Source: Escherichia coli
GTDB lineage: Bacteria > Pseudomonadota > Gammaproteobacteria > Enterobacterales > Enterobacteriaceae
DNA length: 64,000 bases
Direction: 5' to 3' (one strand)
Assembly (NCBI RefSeq): GCF_024700885.2
Contig: NZ_CP117016.1
Both the position numbers and the translations under genes were made by a program. Below, in pieces: positions 7,114-20,727 of this stretch; position 1 is the stretch's first letter, and every line of letters begins with the position of its first letter. The notes under the pieces are model-generated. The model searched no databases. It worked only from the letters and a program-made list of their open reading frames with translations, and was not told where the DNA came from.

Positions 7114-8364
7114 TTATTCCCCCGCCATCCACTTCTCAAACTTCGACGGGGAGAACGGAATCAGATCCGTATGCTCCCCGTTAATCCAGGAATCAATCAT
7201 ATCGGCCCACTGCTGCAACATGTAGGCGCGCTGTCTGGCGTATTCCGCTTTGTTATATACGGCGCGCACACCTTTCTGCTCATGTGCCAGAGCCTTTTCA
7301 ATCCAGTCTGAAGGATAACCAGCCTCATGCAACAACGTACTGGCTGTACGGCGCATATCGTGTACGGTGAAGTCCTGAATATGCTCACCATCTTCATTTA
7401 TTATTTTCACCGTTCTGTCGATCAGAGAGTTCAGCGCGGCATTAGATAATGGCTTCCGGAAATTGTAACGACCAGGAACCAGATATTCACTTCCACCAGC
7501 GCACATCTGCAACCCGACCAATATATCCTGAACCTGTTTAGGCAGGTAAATAACATGCGCCCGGCTTCCCTTCATGCGGTCTGAAGGAATTGTCCATGTC
7601 CATTTTTTAAAATCTATTTCATCCCACGTTGCATTGGTGAATTCGCCCTTACGAACCATAGTGATAAGCACCAGTTTTAAAGCCATTTTCATAGTGCCCA
7701 TAGCACCAATGGCATCCAACGTGCGGAAGAACAGGCCAATTTCTTCTGGTGTCAGTGTTCGCTCTCGTGGTTTAAATATGGCGATAGACGAAGGTTTAAT
7801 GTCAGCCGCAGGATTAAACAAACCATGACCACGGTCATTGGCGTGACGGTATACGCTGCTGATGATCTCCCTGGCCTGTACTGCTGTTGCCCGACCACCG
7901 CGTTCGACAATCCGGTCACACAAATCACGAACCATCGATGTGGTAATTTCAGCCATCATTTTGTTGCCAAGAACCGGAAGTATGTCACGGTCGATCACCG
8001 CCTGCTTCATTGCGCGGGTACTGTCAGCCAGGATGACGTGTTTCATATAACTGTCGGTATGTACCGCAAACGTCTCGGCACCACGAATTTTTTTGATACC
8101 GTCACGTTTAGCCGCAGCCGGCGACTGGCCTGCTTTAAGCAGCTTCTTTGCAGCAATCAGTTCTTCTCGCGCTTCTGCCAGGCTGATACCGTCACGCCCA
8201 TACTGCCCGATTACCAGTGTTTCGCGGCGACCGTTGATACGGTAGTCATAGCGAAACGAGACCGTGCCTGACGTAAGCACAGCTACATACAGCCCGTCAC
8301 GATCGGAGACCTTGTACAGTTTGTCCTGCGGCTTGAGGTTTTTTAATTTTGTATCGGTAAGCAC
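7114..8364 (-). CDS. int: Tyrosine site-specific integrase (P4-type)
   Basis: 416 aa; N-terminal MLTDTKLKNLKP typical of P4-like integrases; R..H..R..Y catalytic region near C-terminus (HDMRRTASTLL, AHEQKGVRAVYNKAEY). Confidence 0.9.
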   Translation of the reverse strand: MLTDTKLKNLKPQDKLYKVSDRDGLYVAVLTSGTVSFRYDYRINGRRETLVIGQYGRDGISLAEAREELIAAKKLLKAGQSPAAAKRDGIKKIRGAETFAVHTDSYMKHVILADSTRAMKQAVIDRDILPVLGNKMMAEITTSMVRDLCDRIVERGGRATAVQAREIISSVYRHANDRGHGLFNPAADIKPSSIAIFKPRERTLTPEEIGLFFRTLDAIGAMGTMKMALKLVLITMVRKGEFTNATWDEIDFKKWTWTIPSDRMKGSRAHVIYLPKQVQDILVGLQMCAGGSEYLVPGRYNFRKPLSNAALNSLIDRTVKIINEDGEHIQDFTVHDMRRTASTLLHEAGYPSDWIEKALAHEQKGVRAVYNKAEYARQRAYMLQQWADMIDSWINGEHTDLIPFSPSKFEKWMAGE

Positions 8365-8392
8365 AATTCACCCGTATAGAAACCATTTTCAT

Positions 8393-8428
8393 GACGGTAT
8401 GAGAGTATACCTTTAAGGTAATACCGTC
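8393..8428. promoter_or_regulatory. Nested palindrome upstream of integrase start (candidate int operator or att-arm site)
   Basis: GACGGTAT...ATACCGTC outer inverted repeat enclosing TACCTTTAAGGTA, a near-copy of the TTACC-N5-GGTAA motif. Confidence 0.35.
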
Positions 8429-8480
8429 ACCTGTACCGCCGAAAAATATGGTGTAGAGTGAATAGAAATGAATACATAAA

Positions 8481-8510
8481 AACAAAAACCCCCTGCAAAA
8501 ACAGAGGGTT
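8481..8510 (-). terminator. Intrinsic terminator downstream of guaA
   Basis: Reverse strand CCCUCUG-UUUUU-CAGGGGG hairpin followed by UUUUUGUU. Confidence 0.55.
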
Positions 8511-8556
8511 GAGTTGGCATCTGAATAGGAATGATTTGCTATGAGTTAGCTGTTAA

Positions 8557-10134
8557 TCATTCCCACTCAATGGTAGCTGGCGGCTTGCCGCTGATGTCAT
8601 ACACCACGCGGGAAATACCGTTCACTTCATTGATAATGCGGTTGGAAACGCGACCGAGGAAATCGTACGGCAGATGCGCCCAGTGTGCGGTCATAAAGTC
8701 GATGGTTTCGACAGCACGCAGAGAAACAACCCAGTCATACTTACGACCATCGCCCATTACACCAACGGAACGTACCGGCAGGAAGACGGTGAACGCCTGG
8801 CTGACTTTGTCGTACAGGTCCGCTTTACGCAGTTCTTCAATAAAGATGGCGTCAGCACGGCGCAGCAGGTCGCAGTACTCTTTCTTCACTTCGCCCAGTA
8901 CACGAACGCCGAGGCCTGGTCCCGGGAACGGGTGACGGTACAGCATGTCGTACGGCAGGCCCAGCTCCAGACCAATCTTACGCACTTCGTCTTTGAACAG
9001 CTCTTTCAGCGGTTCAACCAGCCCCATCTTCATCTCTTTCGGCAGGCCGCCCACGTTGTGGTGAGATTTGATGACGTGTGCTTTACCGGTTGCAGACGCC
9101 GCAGATTCGATAACGTCAGGGTAGATAGTACCCTGCGCCAGCCACTTCACGTCTTCCAGTTTCAGCGCTTCTTCATCGAATACTTCAACGAAAACGCGCC
9201 CGATGATTTTACGTTTTGCTTCCGGATCGTTTTCGCCGGCCAACGCTGACAGGAAGCGATCTTCTGCCGGAACGTGAACAATGTTCAGACCAAAGTGATC
9301 GCCAAACATATCCAGAACCTGCTCTGCTTCGTTGAGACGCAGCAGGCCGTTGTCGACGAATACGCAAGTCAGGTTTTTACCGATAGCGCGGTGCAGCAGC
9401 ATTGCGGTTACGGAGGAATCCACACCACCAGAGAGGCCGAGGATGACTTTATCGTCGCCTACCTGCTCGCGGATGCGAGCTACAGCATCGTCGATAATTT
9501 TCGCTGGCGTCCACAGGGCTTCACACTGGCAGATATCTCGCACAAAGCGCTCCAGCATGCGCATACCCTGGCGGGTGTGAGTCACTTCCGGGTGGAACTG
9601 TACGCCATAGAAGCGTTTTTCTTCGTTAGCCATAATGGCAAACGGGCAGCTTTCGGTGCTGGCTACGGTGACGAAGTCGGACGGGATAGCGGTAACTTTA
9701 TCGCCGTGGCTCATCCAGACATCGAGCAGAGGTTTACCGTCTGCGGTCAGAGCATCTTCAATACCGCGAACCAGTGCGCTGTCGTTTACGACTTCAACCT
9801 GCGCGTAGCCAAATTCACGTTCGTTAGAGGCTTCAACGTGACCGCCCAACTGCATTGCCATGGTCTGCATGCCATAGCAAACGCCGAATACCGGTACGCC
9901 TGCTTCAAAAACATACTGCGGCGCACGCGGGCTGTTTTCTTCGGTGGTGCTTTCCGGGCCGCCGGAAAGAATAATGCCGCTTGGGTTGAAGTCACGAATT
10001 TGTGCTTCTGTCACATCCCACGCCCACAGTTCGCAGTAAACGCCCAGCTCACGCACGCGGCGCGCAACCAGTTGAGTATACTGGGAACCGAAGTCCAGAA
10101 TGAGGATGCGATGCTTATGAATGTTTTCCGTCAT
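8557..10134 (-). CDS. guaA: GMP synthase (glutamine-hydrolysing)
   Basis: 525 aa; C-terminus ...PPATIEWE; GATase and ATP-PPase motifs (SGGVDSS). Confidence 0.97.
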   Translation of the reverse strand: MTENIHKHRILILDFGSQYTQLVARRVRELGVYCELWAWDVTEAQIRDFNPSGIILSGGPESTTEENSPRAPQYVFEAGVPVFGVCYGMQTMAMQLGGHVEASNEREFGYAQVEVVNDSALVRGIEDALTADGKPLLDVWMSHGDKVTAIPSDFVTVASTESCPFAIMANEEKRFYGVQFHPEVTHTRQGMRMLERFVRDICQCEALWTPAKIIDDAVARIREQVGDDKVILGLSGGVDSSVTAMLLHRAIGKNLTCVFVDNGLLRLNEAEQVLDMFGDHFGLNIVHVPAEDRFLSALAGENDPEAKRKIIGRVFVEVFDEEALKLEDVKWLAQGTIYPDVIESAASATGKAHVIKSHHNVGGLPKEMKMGLVEPLKELFKDEVRKIGLELGLPYDMLYRHPFPGPGLGVRVLGEVKKEYCDLLRRADAIFIEELRKADLYDKVSQAFTVFLPVRSVGVMGDGRKYDWVVSLRAVETIDFMTAHWAHLPYDFLGRVSNRIINEVNGISRVVYDISGKPPATIEWE

Positions 10135-10202
10135 TGACGCTTATTCCGAGGCAAGTGAAACAGATAATATAAATCGCCCGACATGAAGTCGGGCGAAGAG
10201 AA

Positions 10203-11669
10203 TCAGGAGCCCAGACGGTAGTTCGGGGACTCTTTAGTAATGGTCACGTCGTGAACGTGGCTTTCCTGAATGCCCGCACCGCTGATACGTACAAACTCCG
10301 CTTTAGTACGCAGTTCGTCGATAGTACCACAGCCGGTCAGGCCCATACAGGAGCGCAGGCCGCCCATCTGCTGGTGAATGATCTCTTTCAGGCGACCTTT
10401 ATAAGCTACGCGACCTTCGATACCTTCCGGCACCAGTTTGTCGGCAGCGTTATCGCTCTGGAAATAACGGTCAGAAGAACCTTTGGACATCGCGCCCAGG
10501 GAACCCATACCACGGTAAGATTTGTAAGAACGGCCCTGGTAGAGTTCAATTTCTCCCGGAGATTCTTCAGTACCTGCCAGCATGGAACCCACCATTACCG
10601 CGCTTGCGCCAGCGGCGATAGCTTTGGCGATATCGCCTGAGAAACGGATACCACCGTCAGCGATAACCGGAATACCGGTGCCTTCCAGGGCTTCTACTGC
10701 ATCAGCAACGGCGGTGATCTGCGGAACACCTACGCCAGTCACGATACGAGTCGTACAGATAGAGCCAGGGCCGATACCGACTTTAACCGCGCTGCAACCA
10801 GCTTCTGCCAGAGCGCGTGCCCCCGCAGCTGTTGCCACGTTGCCGCCGATGATTTGCAGATCCGGATATTTAGCACGAGTTTCACGGATACGCTGCAGAA
10901 CGCCTTCAGAGTGACCGTGAGAGGAGTCGATCAGCAGAACGTCAACGCCTGCGGCAACCAGCGCATCAACACGTTCTTCGTTACCCGCACCTGCGCCAAC
11001 CGCTGCACCAACACGCAGACGACCTTGTTCGTCTTTACAGGCGTTCGGTTTACGTTCTGCTTTCTGGAAATCTTTCACGGTGATCATGCCGATCAGGTGG
11101 AATTCGTCATCAACCACCAGCGCCTTTTCAACGCGTTTTTCGTGCATTTTTGCCAGCACCACTTCACGGGCTTCGCCTTCACGCACGGTGACCAGACGCT
11201 CTTTCGGCGTCATGTAAACGCTAACCGGTTGATTCAGATCGGTCACAAAACGCACGTCACGACCGGTGATGATGCCGACCAGTTCGTTTTCTTCGGTAAC
11301 GACCGGGTAACCCGCAAAGCCGTTACGTTCAGTCAGTTCTTTCACTTCGCGCAGCGTCGTGGTTGGCAAAACAGTCTGCGGGTCAGTTACCACGCCAGAT
11401 TCGTGTTTTTTCACACGGCGAACTTCTTCTGCCTGGCGTTCAATGGACATGTTTTTGTGGATAAAGCCGATACCGCCTTCCTGAGCCAGAGCAATAGCCA
11501 GGCGCGCTTCCGTTACGGTATCCATTGCTGCGGAAAGCATAGGGATATTCAGACGAATAGTTTTCGTCAGCTGGGTGCTGAGGTCAGCAGTATTCGGCAG
11601 AACGGTAGAATGAGCAGGAACGAGGAGAACGTCGTCAAACGTCAGAGCTTCTTTAGCGATACGTAGCAT
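10203..11669 (-). CDS. guaB: IMP dehydrogenase
   Basis: Start set to [16 protein letters not shown] (track ORF extends 23 codons upstream); CBS and IMPDH catalytic motifs. Confidence 0.96.
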
Positions 11670-11721
11670 GGGCAATATCTCGACCAGAGTGGTTAATAAA
11701 TATTGCCGCGGCATTATACAG

Positions 11722-11738
11722 AGCGTAACCGATTGCAT
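11722..11738. promoter_or_regulatory. PurR-box-like dyad in guaB promoter region
   Basis: AGCGTAACCGATTGCAT resembles the PurR operator consensus from memory; in guaB/xseA divergent intergenic region. Confidence 0.3.
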
Positions 11739-11800
11739 CTACCCCTTTTTGCAAAAAATGCTTGCTATCCCCGGAGGGCGGGTTACTATCGACTGAATAA

Positions 11801-13413
<1,613 letters not shown>

Positions 13414-13482
13414 ATGAATTCCTCCGGTAGCCATTCCCTCTACATTTATAGAGGGAATGGCAGATAAAATACTTACGGATAA

Positions 13483-14955
13483 TTATTTATTTTTCTTGAT
13501 ATGCTTCATCAGGCGCTTACGCTTGCGCATCTGGGTTGGCGTCAGGGTATTACGCTTGTTCGCATACGGGTTTTCCCCTTCTTTGAACTGAATACGAATC
13601 GGCGATCCCATTACGTCCAGCGATTTGCGGAAGTAGTTCATCAGGTAACGCTTGTAGGAATCAGGCAGGTCTTTCACCTGGTTACCGTGAATCACCACAA
13701 TCGGCGGGTTATAACCACCGGCGTGGGCATATTTCAGCTTCACACGACGACCGCGTACCAGCGGCGGTTGGTGATCTTCAACAGCCATCGTCATGATGCG
13801 CGTCAGCATAGAGGTCCCCACACGACGGGTGGAGCTGTCATACGCTTCACGTACTGATTCAAACAGGTTACCAACACCACTGCCGTGCAAGGCTGAGATA
13901 AAATGCACACGAGCAAAATCGATAAAGCCCAGACGGAAGTCCAGCGTTTCTTTCACCTGCTCTTTCACTTCCTGGCTCAGGCCATCCCACTTATTCACCA
14001 CAATGACAAGTGAGCGCCCACTATTGAGAATAAAGCCCAGCAGGGAGAGATCCTGATCGGAAATACCTTCGCGCGCATCAATCACCAACATCACCACGTT
14101 GGCATCTTCAATGGCCTGCAACGTTTTGATTACCGAGAATTTCTCTACAGCATCGGTGATTTTGCCGCGTTTACGTACGCCTGCGGTGTCAATGAGCACA
14201 TACTCACGTCCATCGCGCTCCATTGGAATGTAGATACTGTCACGCGTCGTGCCAGGCATGTCGTAAACAACAACGCGCTCTTCACCAAGAATACGGTTAG
14301 TGAGTGTAGACTTACCTACGTTCGGACGACCCACAATCGCCAGTTTGATCGGCAGACTTTGCGGGTCGAAGTCATCTTCCTCTTCTTCTTCGCCGTTTTC
14401 TTCTGCTTCAAATTGCGCCCAGTATTCAGCATCTTCGTCGACTTCTTCTTGCGGTGCGAGATCTTCCATCCACGGCAGCAGCACGTGCTCCAGCAGACTT
14501 AATACGCCACGACCGTGAGACGCGGCGATCGGGTAGATTTCCCCTAAACCAAGCGAGTAGAAATCAACCACTGCCTGATCGGGATCCAGACCGTCAGTTT
14601 TGTTTGCCACCAGGAAGGTCGGTTTTTCACGGGAGCGCAGATGTTTAGCAATCGCTTCATCCGCCGGCATCAGGCCCGCGCGCGCATCCACCATAAACAG
14701 TACGACGTCCGCTTCTTCAATCGCCAGCAGCGACTGTTCCGCCATGCGGGTTTCTACACCGTCTTCTGTGCCATCAATCCCGCCGGTATCAATGCAGATA
14801 AACTCACGGCCTTCAATTTCTGCACGACCGTACTTACGGTCACGAGTCAGACCCGGGAAATCCGCAACCAGCGCATCTCGGGTGCGAGTTAGACGGTTAA
14901 ATAACGTGGATTTTCCTACGTTAGGGCGCCCGACAAGCGCGACCACAGGTACCAT
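13483..14955 (-). CDS. der: Ribosome-associated GTPase Der (EngA)
   Basis: Start set to [17 protein letters not shown]; two G domains (GRPNVGKS twice). Confidence 0.95.
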
Positions 14956-15072
14956 GTTTAAAGCCTCATTTTTATAAATCATCAGACAACGCACGCTATA
15001 TTCGTGTCGTTGTTAAAAACAGGAAAACGGCCCCTGTCCAGGAGCCGTTTTCAAAGTGAACGACAGAGACGA

Positions 15073-16251
15073 TTAACGTGTAATAGAGTACACGGTTCCG
15101 TCTTTTGCCTGGATCAGCAGTTTGCCGTCAGCGGCAACCGGTTCAGTCTGGAAACCGGAACTATCAACTTTTTGCTGGGCAACGAAACGACCATCTTCGA
15201 CGTTAATCCAGTGCAGATAACCTTCACTGTCACCTACCACCAGGTTGCCATTATACAGCACCGGAGAAGTCAGCAGGCGATGCAACAGATCGCTTTGTGT
15301 CCACAGCGTAACGCCGCCATCAATGGTCAACGCCATCACCCGGTCATTTTGATCGACCAGATAGATGCGATTGCCGTCGACGATGAAATCATTCACCGAA
15401 CCCAGTTCGCGTTTCCACATAATCTGACCACTGCGCAGATCAAGCGCCGTCAGGTTACCATTATAGGCCAGCGCGAAAACAACGCCGTTAACAACGACGG
15501 GAGTCGTGTCAACATCGCTCAGACGGTCAATTTCGGTAGAACCGGTCGCCTGGGAAATACGCTGCTGCCAAATCATCTGGCCCTGTTCCATCAGCACTGC
15601 GCTGACGCGACCATTATCGCCACCCACGACAGCCGCACCAAAAGCCGTTGCCGGCGCAGACTCGCCACGCAAAGAGAGCGAAGGCATATCGAGGTTAACT
15701 GTCCATTTGACAGCGCCGTCAGCTTCGTTCAGCGCTTGTAACTGACCGTTACTGGTGTGGATTAACACCAGACCGTCGCTGACCACCGGGCGAGAAAGAG
15801 CTTCACCCGCGACTTTAGTTTGCCATGCCACAGTACCATCGCTGGTATTCAGCGCGTAAACCTGCGCCTTTTCACTGCCAATGTAGACATGCCCGCCAGA
15901 CACGGTCACGCCGCCAGAAAGTAATGCAGGCTCTTTAGAGAACCAGCCATCTTTCTCGGCCAGGCTGACAGACCAGATTTCTTTGCCATCATCCGCATTC
16001 AGCGCTTTTACTAAACCAGCGCGGTCCGCTGCATAGACAACGTTGTCCGCCAGTGCCGGATGAAGATTGGAATAGAAGTTGCCAATGCCGCTACCAACGG
16101 AAGTACTCCACGCCGTGGTCGGCGTAAACTGGTTTTCAACGGTCGGCAATGGGGACATCTTTACCACATCTTCTTCGCTGTTAAACAGCGAACAGCCGCT
16201 TAAAAGGGTAACGGAAAGCAGTCCTGGCAGCAGTAATTTACGCAATTGCAT
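15073..16251 (-). CDS. bamB: Outer membrane protein assembly factor BamB
   Basis: 392 aa lipoprotein (LLSGCS lipobox), beta-propeller repeats. Confidence 0.95.
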   Translation of the reverse strand: MQLRKLLLPGLLSVTLLSGCSLFNSEEDVVKMSPLPTVENQFTPTTAWSTSVGSGIGNFYSNLHPALADNVVYAADRAGLVKALNADDGKEIWSVSLAEKDGWFSKEPALLSGGVTVSGGHVYIGSEKAQVYALNTSDGTVAWQTKVAGEALSRPVVSDGLVLIHTSNGQLQALNEADGAVKWTVNLDMPSLSLRGESAPATAFGAAVVGGDNGRVSAVLMEQGQMIWQQRISQATGSTEIDRLSDVDTTPVVVNGVVFALAYNGNLTALDLRSGQIMWKRELGSVNDFIVDGNRIYLVDQNDRVMALTIDGGVTLWTQSDLLHRLLTSPVLYNGNLVVGDSEGYLHWINVEDGRFVAQQKVDSSGFQTEPVAADGKLLIQAKDGTVYSITR

Positions 16252-16261
16252 CGGGTCCCTC

Positions 16262-16882
16262 TCAGATGGACAAATTATTAATTTTCATCTGCATCATTTC
16301 GCTCAGTGCCGGGGTAACATCGCTTTTCACGCCTGCTTCCCATGCACTACGCGCACCTTGCTTATCACCTTTGCTCAGCAATGCTTCACCACGCAGGTCG
16401 GCAACAATGGCAGCCCACCCTTCACCTTTGATGGTATCAAGGGTTTTCAGCGCGGCATCAGCCTGCTTGAGCTGAACCTGAACGCGAGCAAGACGCAGAT
16501 TTATCACGGCTTTGAGATTTTCATCGCTCGTGTCTGCCAGCCCCTGTTGTAACTGGGCGGCAGCTTTCTCTAGTTCATTTTTGTCAACAAATTGCTGCGC
16601 AAGTTCCAAAGAAGCCAGCGCACCATAAGTATTTTTATTTTCAGCAGCAAATTTTTCCGCCGCCGGGATGCTATCCGGTTTGCCTTCGCTCACTGCGGTA
16701 ACCGCATTTTGATAGGCAAGAGAAGCGGAGCGTGCAGAATCAACCTGATGGCTGTTCCAGTAGCGCCAGCCAATTAGTGCGCCAACGCCCAAAATCACCC
16801 CAACAGCCAGTGCTTTGCCATTTTCAGCAAAAAAGCGTTTAACCGCTTCTACCTGGTCGTTTTCGTTCTCGTAAATTTCCAC
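16262..16882 (-). CDS. yfgM: Membrane-anchored TPR protein YfgM
   Basis: 206 aa; gene order between hisS and bamB. Confidence 0.9.
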   Translation of the reverse strand: MEIYENENDQVEAVKRFFAENGKALAVGVILGVGALIGWRYWNSHQVDSARSASLAYQNAVTAVSEGKPDSIPAAEKFAAENKNTYGALASLELAQQFVDKNELEKAAAQLQQGLADTSDENLKAVINLRLARVQVQLKQADAALKTLDTIKGEGWAAIVADLRGEALLSKGDKQGARSAWEAGVKSDVTPALSEMMQMKINNLSI

Positions 16883-16899
16883 GCTGTCCTTCTCCTTCC

Positions 16900-18174
16900 T
16901 TAACCCAGTAACGTGCGCAAATGCGCGGCTACGCTATCCTGCGCAACTGCTGTTTGCTCACCAGAGCGCAAATCCTTCACTACTGCTGTGCCGTTAGCCA
17001 CTTCAGACTCACCCAGCACCACAGCAACGCGGGCACCCCATTTATCAGCACGGGCAAACTGTTTCTTAAAGTTGCCGCCGCCGTGGTTGGTCATCAATTT
17101 CACGCCCGGTAATTCATCACGCAGACGCTCAGCTAATGCCATAGCCGCAGATTGTGTATCAGCACCTGAAGCCACCAGGTATATATCGACAACAGGATCG
17201 GCTTTAAATTCCGGATTAACGGCCTGTACTAACAATACAAGACGTTCGAGGCCCATCGCAAAACCGACAGCCGGTGTTGCACGACCGCCCAGTTGTTCCA
17301 CCAGACCGTCATAACGACCGCCTGCACACACGGTGCCCTGGGAGCCGAGACTGTTAGTCACCCACTCGAAAACGGTACGGTTATAGTAATCCAGACCACG
17401 CACCAGACGCTGGTTTACGGTGTAAGCGATCCCCGCGCTCTCCAGCAGTTTGCACAGACCGGCAAAATGCTCACGAGATTCCTCGTCCAGATAATCGCCT
17501 AATGCCGGAGCGTCGTTGAGAAGCGCCTGCACTTCCGGATTTTTTGAATCCAGCACGCGCAGCGGGTTAGTGTACATGCGGCGTTTGCAGTCTTCGTCCA
17601 GCTTTTCTTTATGCTGCTCAAGGAATGCCACCAGCGCATCGCGGTAATTGGCTCGTGCTTCCAGCGAACCGATAGAGTTCAGCTCAAGAGTTACGTGCTC
17701 GGAGATACCCAGCGCGCGCCACCAGCGGGCGGTGAGCATAATCAGTTCAGCGTCGATATCCGGACCTTGCAGACCGAAAACTTCGCAGCCCAACTGATGG
17801 AACTGACGATAACGCCCTTTCTGCGGACGCTCGTGACGGAACATCGGCCCGATATACCACAGACGCTGTTCCTGATTGTACAGAAGACCATGCTCGATGC
17901 CGGCGCGTACACAGCCCGCCGTCCCTTCAGGGCGCAGAGTCAGGCTGTCGCCATTGCGATCCTCAAAGGTGTACATCTCTTTTTCAACCACGTCGGTGAC
18001 TTCACCAATCGCACGTTTGAATAGCGGGGTCTGCTCTACAATCGGCAAGCGGATTTCACTGTAACCGTAGCTGCCGAGCACGTTTTTCAGTGTGCCTTCA
18101 ATGCGCTGCCAGATGGCCGTTTCGCCAGGCAGGTAATCGTTCATGCCGCGAATGGCTTGAATGTTTTTTGCCAC
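16900..18174 (-). CDS. hisS: Histidine--tRNA ligase
   Basis: 424 aa class II aaRS. Confidence 0.97.
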
Positions 18175-18284
18175 GTTTATTCTCTTTCTGAATATAAAAA
18201 TGAACCCTCAACGCTTCCCTCAATGTTTCGGGAGCCATGCGGGTTCAATCATACACGGGAAGCGAGGCGCTTCCCATCACGTTA

Positions 18285-19403
18285 TTATTTTTCAACCTGC
18301 TGAACGTCAATTCGACGCGCTTCGTCCAGCTGACTGGCTTTCGCACGAATGCGCGCTTCCAGCTGGTCGATCATATCGTTGTTGTCCAGACGGTCTTTGC
18401 GCACGCCATCTTCATAGAGGCCGCTTTTCTTGTTACCGCCGGTGACGCCGAGTGTAGAAACCAGCGCCTCACCTGGGCCATTCACCACACAGCCGATAAT
18501 CGAAACGTCCATCGGAGTGATGATATCTTCCAGGCGTTGCTCCAGCGCGTTAACCGTACCGATAACATCAAACTCCTGACGCGAACAGGTTGGACAGGCG
18601 ATGAAGTTGATCCCGCGCGAACGGATACGCAGCGATTTCAAAATATCGAAACCGACTTTGATCTCTTCGACCGGATCAGCCGCCAGCGATACGCGCAGCG
18701 TGTCGCCGATGCCTTCAGACAGCAGCAGACCTAAACCAATGGAGGATTTAACCGCCCCGCTGCGCGCACCACCCGCTTCGGTGATCCCCAGATGCAGCGG
18801 CTGATCGATCTGTTTTGCCAGCAAACGATAAGACTCAACAGCGAGGAATACGTCTGACGCTTTCACGCTGACTTTGAACTGATCGAAGTTCAGGCGATCG
18901 AGATGATCAACATGACGCATGGCGGATTCCAGCAACGCCTGCGGCGTCGGTTCGCCATACTTTTCTTGCAGATCTTTTTCCAGCGATCCGGCGTTAACGC
19001 CAATACGGATCGGAATGTTTTTATCGCGCGCACAGTCAACCACCATGCGAATACGCTCTTCATTACCGATATTGCCAGGGTTAATACGCAGACAATCGAC
19101 GCCGTATTCCGCTACTTTCAGCGCAATGCGATAGTCGAAATGGATGTCAGCCACCAGCGGCACGTTAACCTGCTGTTTGATGAGTTTGAACGCTTCTGCC
19201 GCGTCCATCGTCGGTACTGAGACACGAACGATATCAGCGCCAACGCGTTCCAGCGCCTTGATTTGATTGACCGTTGCTTCGACATCTGTCGTGCGCGTAT
19301 TGGTCATGGACTGTACGGCGATGGGAGCACCATCGCCAATCGGCACATTCCCAACGTAAATACGTGTTGATTTTCTACGTTGAATTGGAGCCTGGTTATG
19401 CAT
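18285..19403 (-). CDS. ispG: 4-hydroxy-3-methylbut-2-enyl diphosphate synthase
   Basis: 372 aa. Confidence 0.96.
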   Translation of the reverse strand: MHNQAPIQRRKSTRIYVGNVPIGDGAPIAVQSMTNTRTTDVEATVNQIKALERVGADIVRVSVPTMDAAEAFKLIKQQVNVPLVADIHFDYRIALKVAEYGVDCLRINPGNIGNEERIRMVVDCARDKNIPIRIGVNAGSLEKDLQEKYGEPTPQALLESAMRHVDHLDRLNFDQFKVSVKASDVFLAVESYRLLAKQIDQPLHLGITEAGGARSGAVKSSIGLGLLLSEGIGDTLRVSLAADPVEEIKVGFDILKSLRIRSRGINFIACPTCSRQEFDVIGTVNALEQRLEDIITPMDVSIIGCVVNGPGEALVSTLGVTGGNKKSGLYEDGVRKDRLDNNDMIDQLEARIRAKASQLDEARRIDVQQVEK

Positions 19404-19429
19404 GAAAAATCTCCCGCGTTACCCGTCTG

Positions 19430-20443
19430 TTACTGCGCCGGTGATTGTTCGGCATTGAGGGTCAGACGCGCAACCTGGTTAGTTCTGATAAAACGACTCA
19501 GATCGACAGGTTTCCCTTGATACTGGATCTGTACTGCGGCTGGCGCACCAATTTTCAGTTTGTACGGTGCCTGGCCGGTTAAGTTCAAATTACCGTCTTT
19601 ACGTTGCATACCGCTAAACAATTTTTTACCGGTAGCATCAGTGACCTCCAGCCAGCAATCGGCAGTAAAGTTCATCACCAGCGCATTCGGATCAGCCGCC
19701 GGCGTAGTCACGCCTGCCTGATCGGTTGGCAACGGCGCAGCGCCATCTGGCGTTGTTGTTGCCGTTGGTGCCGGGGTCGCGGCGGTATCCACATTTGCCT
19801 GCGAAGGCGAAACAACCGCATTCTGTTGCGGATCAACAGCTGGTGCTGGCGCAGTTACGGCAGGTGTTTGCGTGTTGGTTGCGGTAGTATCCACAGACGC
19901 TGGCGGCGTGGACGTTGTAGCCGGGTCTGTAGTTGTCGACGTATTTAACGGAACACTCTGCCCCTGCTCACTATTACTGCTTAGTTCCGCCGAAGATTGA
20001 TCGGCCATAGTGGTGATCTCTTCCTGCTGAGCCTTGTGGTCTTGCCACCACCAGGCACCGCTCAGGCCAATGACAACAAACAACACCAGCCAGGTGAAGG
20101 TCATCAGCCAGCCGTCGCGTTTTTTGCGGCGTTTACCGAGGGAAAAACTCTGCATCGGCGCAACTTTTGCAGCCCGTAGTGGAGCCTGCTTTTCCAGCCC
20201 TGGCAGCAGTTCTTCTTCTGGAATATGTACCAGACGCGCATAAGAGCGGATATATCCGCGCAGGAATGTTGAAGCAAGATCGGCGGGGGCCTTATCTTCT
20301 TCAATGTCGCGTACCGTGGAAACCTTCAGGCAAAGTCGCTCGGCAACGGCCTGCTGACTAAGTCCTAGTTGTTCGCGAGCATTACGCAGGCGAGCGCCGG
20401 TAGTAAGTGCTTCATTTTGGTCGTGCGTGGCTTCAGTATTCAT
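19430..20443 (-). CDS. rodZ: Cytoskeleton protein RodZ
   Basis: 337 aa; N-terminal HTH, TM segment, Pro/Thr/Ala-rich linker. Confidence 0.9.
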   Translation of the reverse strand: MNTEATHDQNEALTTGARLRNAREQLGLSQQAVAERLCLKVSTVRDIEEDKAPADLASTFLRGYIRSYARLVHIPEEELLPGLEKQAPLRAAKVAPMQSFSLGKRRKKRDGWLMTFTWLVLFVVIGLSGAWWWQDHKAQQEEITTMADQSSAELSSNSEQGQSVPLNTSTTTDPATTSTPPASVDTTATNTQTPAVTAPAPAVDPQQNAVVSPSQANVDTAATPAPTATTTPDGAAPLPTDQAGVTTPAADPNALVMNFTADCWLEVTDATGKKLFSGMQRKDGNLNLTGQAPYKLKIGAPAAVQIQYQGKPVDLSRFIRTNQVARLTLNAEQSPAQ

Positions 20444-20679
20444 TCGCTGCAGGTACGTTTAAATGAGAATTGAGATGCCGGTGAACCATCATGCTCACCC
20501 ACACCGCGAAACATCCGTTAAGTTAACCGTTATCATACAGTATAAGACCGTCTGTGTGCTCGTGACAAAGCCCACATTCACTAAGGCTAACTTACTGTTG
20601 CATCGTTACATACTGCCTTAAAGTCAGCAAAAACGCACCGTTAATATTGACCAGACAATTGCAACTTAATACTTCATTC

Positions 20680-20718
20680 ATAAAAGATTACGCCACGGTA
20701 CATAAAGTAACCGTGGCG
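20680..20718 (-). terminator. Intrinsic terminator downstream of rlmN
   Basis: CGCCACGGT / ACCGTGGCG stem followed by U-rich tract on reverse strand. Confidence 0.45.
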
Positions 20719-20727
20719 TAATGGCTA

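Larger units (their letters stand above)
1..8480. mobile_element. Lambdoid prophage, one arm only (integrase-proximal end); other boundary lies outside window
   Basis: Contiguous block of phage-type genes (integrase, AlpA-like, MT-A70 MTase, exonuclease/SSAP, repressor, Cro-like, O-like, P-like) abutting guaA 3' end; boundary placed left of the guaA terminator hairpin. Confidence 0.75.

Noticed and set aside
8365-8556. tRNA or tmRNA gene as the integrase target
   Set aside because: No cloverleaf-compatible sequence or conserved T-loop/CCA features seen; the integrase abuts guaA instead.
8674-11666. Long plus-strand ORFs (8674-9249, 9274-10137, 10854-11666 and others) across guaA and guaB
   Set aside because: They lie antisense to well-supported guaA/guaB coding sequence and have low-complexity, Arg/Thr-rich translations typical of shadow frames.
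19604-19948. Plus-strand Cys/Arg-rich ORF and low-complexity repeats inside rodZ
   Set aside because: Antisense artefact of the Pro/Thr/Ala-rich RodZ linker coding region.
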